Origin: an uncultured Methanosarcinaceae archaeon
GTDB taxonomy: Archaea > Halobacteriota > Methanosarcinia > Methanosarcinales > Methanosarcinaceae
NCBI GenBank assembly: GCA_963847185.1
Contig: CAWJYV010000010.1
Coordinates: 352,001 to 416,000, forward strand
Length of the DNA stretch: 64,000 bases
Reading direction: 5' to 3'
In this document: positions 61,083-64,000 of the stretch, one piece after another
Position numbering within the stretch: the first letter of the stretch is position 1
Layout: every line of letters begins with the position of its first letter
Notes under the pieces: generated by a model
Told to the model about the DNA's origin: nothing
The model's input: the letters and a program-made list of their open reading frames with translations, nothing else
Databases searched by the model: none
Position numbers and translations under genes: made by a program

Positions 61083-63899
61083 TTACCCCTGAGATCCCTT
61101 GTCATTAAATCTGATGGTAAATTTTGTATCTTTTCCTTTTTCAAGCTCAATTGTTCCATCGAGCTGGTCAACCAAAGCATTTACGAGTTGCAAACCAAGA
61201 GTTCCGGGATTTTTAAAACTAATATTTTCAGGGAAGGACCCGCCACTATCTGAGTAAACCAAGGTAAATGTGGGATATATTCCAGAAGCTTTCGGGTCTG
61301 CACCTGCTTCAGGTGCTTTGCTCGATTTCGGGGCTTTTGTCTCAGATTCTTTATTAAGAACTATCCTGATCTTCCCTTCCGCACCTTTCGGAAATGCATA
61401 TTTAAGGGAATTTGAGAATAGTTCATTAACTATGATGCCCAGGGGAATTGCCGTGTCAATCCCAAAAAAAGTGCTGTCAGCCTCAAGGAGAAGCTGGATA
61501 TTCTCATTTCCAACCCTATAAGAGTGAAGAAGCTCAGCAGTCAATTTCCTTAGATATGCAGCAAAATCGATGCTTGCTACATCCTCTGATTTATAAAGCT
61601 CTTCATGGATTATGGACATTGAAGATACGCGGTTTTCGCTTTCTCTGAAAGCTTCTATAACATCCTTATCTTTGAACTTTTCAGCCTGCAGACTGAGCAA
61701 AGAAGAAACGACCTGGAGATTATTTTTGATCCTGTGGTGAATTTCTCTCATACCGATCTCTTCGGCTCTTGCAACGGCTTCTTCGGCTTTTTTCCTCTGA
61801 GTAATATCATAAGCATAACCCTGGATAAACATTATTTCTCCTGAAGAATCGGAGATATCGTGAATTAATTCATGAACCCACTTTACAGTCCCATCCTTCC
61901 GTCTGAGCCTGTAATCATGTTCCATAATGGAGTGTGAGGAAGAATTCACTTTCTCCAGATATTTCTTGATCACTGACCTGTCTTCCGACTCAATGAGATC
62001 AAAAAATTTTACTCTACCAAAGAGAAAATCTTCTTCCGTATACCCGGTTATCTCTTCGACAGCTCCTTCCAAAAAAAGAGGAGTAAAGTACCTGTCCAGT
62101 TTGAAAGAAATCCCTTTAAAATTCTGTAAGAAAGAACGGTAAAGCTCTTCACTTTCCCGGAGCTTTTGAGAGGAAAGTTTAATTTCAGTAACATCTTTCA
62201 TTACCCCAAGAGCTCTGCATATACACCCTTCCTCGTCTTTAAGGTATACTCCTTTATTTTCCACACAAAAATAACTTCCATCTTTTCGCCGGAACCTGAA
62301 TTCTTCGTTGAATCTTTCCCCTGTGTTCCAGCACCTTTTAAATGCCTGCTGTATTCTCTTGCGCTCCTGGGGATGAATATGTTTGAGCCAGTCATAAAAA
62401 TCGAAGTTTTCTATTTCTTTAGAACTGTATCCCGTAAGTTCATTGATGGCTCCTGCCCACTCAACAGACCCGTTTTTAAGGTCAATGTCATATATCAACT
62501 GCCCAGTTTGCTCCGCAATAAGGCGATATCTTTCTTCATTTTTTTGCAATTCATTTTCCATTCTTTTGCGCCCTGTGACATCAAGCATTACTCCTACCAA
62601 TCCCTCGACATCCCCGTTAAGACTTATGTATGTAGCTTTATTAAAAAGAAAATCCCTCTTCAGCCCATCAGAGCACATTACCTTGGACTCATAAACCTGA
62701 CAGCCTCCCCTCTGAAGAAGCTGACGATCCATTCCTTTATAAACCTCTCCAAGTTCTAAAGGAATTAGCTCGGAAAGCTCATCTATAGAGCGTCCTGTTA
62801 CCTCTTCTTTTGAGCTTCCGAGAATCATCTTTGCAAAGAGTTCATTACATCCCTGGTAAATGCCTTTCCTGTCCTTGTAAAACACAGGAACCGGGATAGT
62901 ATCCAGCAATGTTTCCAGGAAATTGACCTTATTTCTAAGGGCATCTTCCACTTCCTTCCGTTCAACAGTCAGGGAGATAAGTGATGCCACTGCGCCCATG
63001 AAATAAGCATCTTCTTTTGTAAATCTCTCTTTTTTCGTACTGTGAGCTGTCAAAACTCCATAAGGCTTTTCCACGCTTCCGATAAGAACACTTATTCCGC
63101 TAATTATTTCCGGATAACCTTCAAATCCGATTTTATTTATTGAAATCTTTTTATTCATATTTTCGATAAATATTGGCCTGCTTGAAAGCACAGTATAACC
63201 TGCTATCGAGGCCACATTCTTCCTGATTATCTTCCCTGTTTCTTCCGGCCTCCAGCCAATTCCTTTTTCAAATAGAAAACTTCCATCAGGTAAAAGTTTC
63301 AAAATTTTGCAGTATTCCACGTCAAGTGTGGCTGCAACAAGAGGCAATGTTTCGTCCATCAGAGTCTCGAGAGCAGGGGCTTTGAGAGACATTTCGGCAA
63401 TTAAGGAAAGAATTTCATGCTTCCGATTTATTGAAAAAAGTTTTTTTTCAGCTTTTTTGGAAGAAGTAATATCGAATGCTGAGAGGATAATGCATTCGTC
63501 CGCAGGCAAGGGAGTTAAAGTGATAGAGTATATTTTTTCCTTTACTTCCAATTCCATCTTTTCAGGTCTTTTTCGGAGATAGATTCGCCGGAAAGTACTC
63601 AACATTTCCACTGGAAACTTGTCTCCCTCCTGGCTTTTGAGGAGCTCCAGCAAAGACTTTCCTGCCTTATTTGCATAAAGAACAGTCCCCTCTTTTCCAA
63701 TTCTCAGGACAGGAGCAGGGCTATTTAAAAGAAATTCTCCCATCCAATTTTCCTCCATCCTACCTTCTTCCATCCTGCTTTCTTCCATCCTGCCTTCTTC
63801 TTTTATTTCATTTACATTTTCTTTGTTGTTTATACCAGAGCCACCTGATAATTTATTTTTGTATTTGCTCATCTCTTTCTGCAAGTTATTTCTTACCAC
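61083..63899 (-). CDS. Multi-sensor histidine kinase (PAS-GAF-PAS-PAS-PAS-HisKA_2/HATPase)
   Basis: EIHHRIKNNLQVVSSLL H-box, NELFSNSLKYAF, LGLQLV..LV.QLDG; several PAS/PAC motifs and one GAF domain; no TM. Start may be ATG 63872. Confidence 0.92.
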   Translation of the reverse strand: MVRNNLQKEMSKYKNKLSGGSGINNKENVNEIKEEGRMEESRMEEGRMEENWMGEFLLNSPAPVLRIGKEGTVLYANKAGKSLLELLKSQEGDKFPVEMLSTFRRIYLRKRPEKMELEVKEKIYSITLTPLPADECIILSAFDITSSKKAEKKLFSINRKHEILSLIAEMSLKAPALETLMDETLPLVAATLDVEYCKILKLLPDGSFLFEKGIGWRPEETGKIIRKNVASIAGYTVLSSRPIFIENMNKKISINKIGFEGYPEIISGISVLIGSVEKPYGVLTAHSTKKERFTKEDAYFMGAVASLISLTVERKEVEDALRNKVNFLETLLDTIPVPVFYKDRKGIYQGCNELFAKMILGSSKEEVTGRSIDELSELIPLELGEVYKGMDRQLLQRGGCQVYESKVMCSDGLKRDFLFNKATYISLNGDVEGLVGVMLDVTGRKRMENELQKNEERYRLIAEQTGQLIYDIDLKNGSVEWAGAINELTGYSSKEIENFDFYDWLKHIHPQERKRIQQAFKRCWNTGERFNEEFRFRRKDGSYFCVENKGVYLKDEEGCICRALGVMKDVTEIKLSSQKLRESEELYRSFLQNFKGISFKLDRYFTPLFLEGAVEEITGYTEEDFLFGRVKFFDLIESEDRSVIKKYLEKVNSSSHSIMEHDYRLRRKDGTVKWVHELIHDISDSSGEIMFIQGYAYDITQRKKAEEAVARAEEIGMREIHHRIKNNLQVVSSLLSLQAEKFKDKDVIEAFRESENRVSSMSIIHEELYKSEDVASIDFAAYLRKLTAELLHSYRVGNENIQLLLEADSTFFGIDTAIPLGIIVNELFSNSLKYAFPKGAEGKIRIVLNKESETKAPKSSKAPEAGADPKASGIYPTFTLVYSDSGGSFPENISFKNPGTLGLQLVNALVDQLDGTIELEKGKDTKFTIRFNDKGSQG

Positions 63900-64000
63900 A
63901 TGGGCAGATTATTCAAGGATGAACTGATTATTCAGGACGAAAACTTTATTCGGAAGGATTGCTTATTCAAGGACCCCAATCCAAGAATCTGTTTCTAAGA

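Noticed and set aside
60983-61180. 65-aa ORF with LIDW/LIDR repeats
   Set aside because: It is the translation of the degenerate tandem repeat and overlaps the kinase 3' end out of frame.

Overview
AT-rich archaeal chromosomal window, by gene content very probably a Methanosarcina-type methanogen (inferred from topoisomerase VI next to bacterial-type gyrase, beta-helix and PKD surface proteins, COG1361 proteins and multi-PAS kinases). It holds about 40 CDSs, including top6B/top6A, gyrB/gyrA, ppsA, a Mg-type P-ATPase, a MarR-RND-2xCOG1361 operon, a nickel/peptide ABC operon with two binding proteins and a hydantoinase-like/HDAC-like pair. Mobile DNA comprises one apparently intact IS701-family element with TIRs and TSD, decayed IS1/IS5 remnants, three copies of a ~130-bp MITE and REP-like repeats. 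I found no rRNA, tRNA or CRISPR array. The most notable unexplained signals are: (i) an ORF-free multi-hairpin region downstream of gyrA with its own TATA box, an operator-like palindrome and anti-SD-like loops (candidate sRNA); (ii) four genes that appear to start at ATT or ACG; (iii) the GyrA acidic tail stranded in frame behind a TGA; (iv) an IS701 inserted exactly between the RBS and ATG of a tiny leader ORF upstream of the Mg-ATPase; (v) the coupled hydantoinase-A/HDAC pair with no B subunit. All family assignments are from motif recognition by eye, not database searches.
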